From a virus, in IMG/VR virus record IMGVR_UViG_3300042429_001107: DNA of 64,000 nucleotides; one strand, 5' to 3'. A program made the translations under genes and the position numbers. The notes under the pieces are model-generated. The model was not told the origin of the DNA. It searched no databases and was given only the letters and a program-made list of their open reading frames with translations. Positions within the stretch are counted from its first letter, which is position 1; every line of letters begins with the position of its first letter. Of this stretch, positions 62,766 through 64,000 are shown in pieces.

Positions 62766-63125
62766 ATGGAAGAATTTAATAGAGAAGAAGGTAAAACTTA
62801 TGTTGTACACTTTAAAAAGTACAATCACGACATTTATATAGGAAGACCCAGCAAATGGAATAATCCATATACTCACAAGGATCTGGATAAGACACAAGCT
62901 AAATTCCAAGTGGATTCAAGGAAGGAAGCAATAGAGAGATACGAAAGACACCTAAATGAGAGTGGATTAATAAAAGAAATCGAAGAATTAAGGGGTAAAG
63001 TTTTAGGATGCTGGTGCTGTAATAAGCCCGCAGATGGATCTGAAAAGAATTTCCTTTGTCATGGTCAAGTCATAGCAAAATATCTTAATAGCGGACTTAA
63101 AAACAAACAAAAACAATTGATATAA
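62766..63125 (+). CDS. DUF4326 family protein
   Basis: DIYIGRPSKWNNPY...ELRGKVLGCWC...CHGQVI. Confidence 0.85.
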   Translation: MEEFNREEGKTYVVHFKKYNHDIYIGRPSKWNNPYTHKDLDKTQAKFQVDSRKEAIERYERHLNESGLIKEIEELRGKVLGCWCCNKPADGSEKNFLCHGQVIAKYLNSGLKNKQKQLI

Positions 63126-63367
63126 TGAGTAGATACGTAATAGACTTAGAAGAGAATAAAGAATTTGTTTATGGATTTGACCATGCGCTTGGTTACTTCT
63201 ATGAATTATGGGATCATGATTTAGGAGAAGAAGATCACGAAAAGCTGGTTGAAGATCGATCTTACTTTCTTAACAAGTTAAGTAAGGGAGATATGATAGA
63301 AGCTATGGTAAAATATAATGCAATAAAAGAGCATTTAGAAAGAGTGGCTATGGATTTACCTTTCTGA
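63125..63367 (+). CDS. Small hypothetical protein
   Basis: Coupled ORF, YGFDHALGYF motif. Confidence 0.5.
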   Translation: MSRYVIDLEENKEFVYGFDHALGYFYELWDHDLGEEDHEKLVEDRSYFLNKLSKGDMIEAMVKYNAIKEHLERVAMDLPF

Positions 63368-63766
63368 TTAGATTTCTTTTATTTCGTAAGAGAATTCAGT
63401 AGTTCCTGATGCTTCGTATTCAAAAAATTCTTTTATTGAATTGCATAATATATCTATAATCCCTTTTGCGGATATATCTTCGTCTTTTAAAATAGGTCTT
63501 AAGTTTAAATTCAAATCTGCATATGATTTAACCTTATATAAAAAATCTGGATTATCCATAAGATCGTATCCATCTTTGCACATCATACCGATAAGACCGT
63601 TAATTACCTCGATTAAATCATCCTCATCTACAACGTAATGCCCATTTTGGTACCAATTTTCAGATAATATATTGCTAAGAATTTCAGTTCTAGTATCCCC
63701 CTCTATTTCTAATGTGAATATTAAAGATCCTTCGATGCTCTCTATAAAGTTTGCCTCGTATTTCAT
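63368..63766 (-). CDS. Hypothetical acidic protein
   Basis: Convergent reverse-strand ORF. Confidence 0.5.
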   Translation of the reverse strand: MKYEANFIESIEGSLIFTLEIEGDTRTEILSNILSENWYQNGHYVVDEDDLIEVINGLIGMMCKDGYDLMDNPDFLYKVKSYADLNLNLRPILKDEDISAKGIIDILCNSIKEFFEYEASGTTEFSYEIKEI

Positions 63767-63769
63767 TAG

Positions 63770-64000
63770 TTATCTTTTTACTAAATAACCAGAAAGATTG
63801 CTGACAAGATCTAGGATATCATCTTTAAGATCTTCAGTGACATCTATTTTATATTTAACTGTGTGCAATTGTACGAATCCTATTAACTGTCCGGATAGAC
63901 TTCTTATAGGAGATGAAAATATTTGTAAAATGCCATCTTCAGTTACTCTACCTCTAATGTAATCTAAAACTGGATTTTCTGCATCTATATAGAAGAATTC
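63770..64000 (-). CDS. C-terminal part of a GAF-like domain protein (truncated by window end)
   Basis: Hand translation ...GILQIFSSPIRSLSGQLIGFVQLH...LVSNLSGYLVKR-stop. Confidence 0.45.
   Translation of the reverse strand, partial: EFFYIDAENPVLDYIRGRVTEDGILQIFSSPIRSLSGQLIGFVQLHTVKYKIDVTEDLKDDILDLVSNLSGYLVKR

Overview
AT-rich segment of a very large T4-like (jumbo/mega) dsDNA phage genome in the standard genetic code, almost entirely on the + strand. The host is most likely a Bacteroidota bacterium (TAnnTTTG promoters, A-rich starts without Shine-Dalgarno, Hc1-like and DUF4494-like genes). It holds tail/baseplate genes (1-15.4 kb), a T4-type replication/recombination block (RuvC-like, gp32, primase, UvsY, UvsW), a family-B DNA polymerase split into two genes 18 kb apart, two topoisomerase II subunit genes, sliding clamp, nrdAB, dUTPase, Adk, UvsE, DnaJ, a collagen-like fibre plus a GT2-TPR glycosyltransferase, an accessory region and a tmRNA with a 32-aa tag. 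The most notable structure read from the sequence: (i) about 20 proteins share a T4 capsid-targeting-like peptide (K-I-x-x-F-x-x-F-(I/L/V)-N-E) and most follow a late-promoter-like GATATATA; (ii) among them are two paralogous MoxR ATPase / metallopeptidase / vWA modules in which peptidase and vWA are split into separate genes at the same KOW/SH3-like point; (iii) a three-class promoter code (AATCAT..TAnnTTTG; GAAAC-N18-TAnAAT; GATATATA) tracks gene function. All protein calls are from motif recognition by eye, not database searches.
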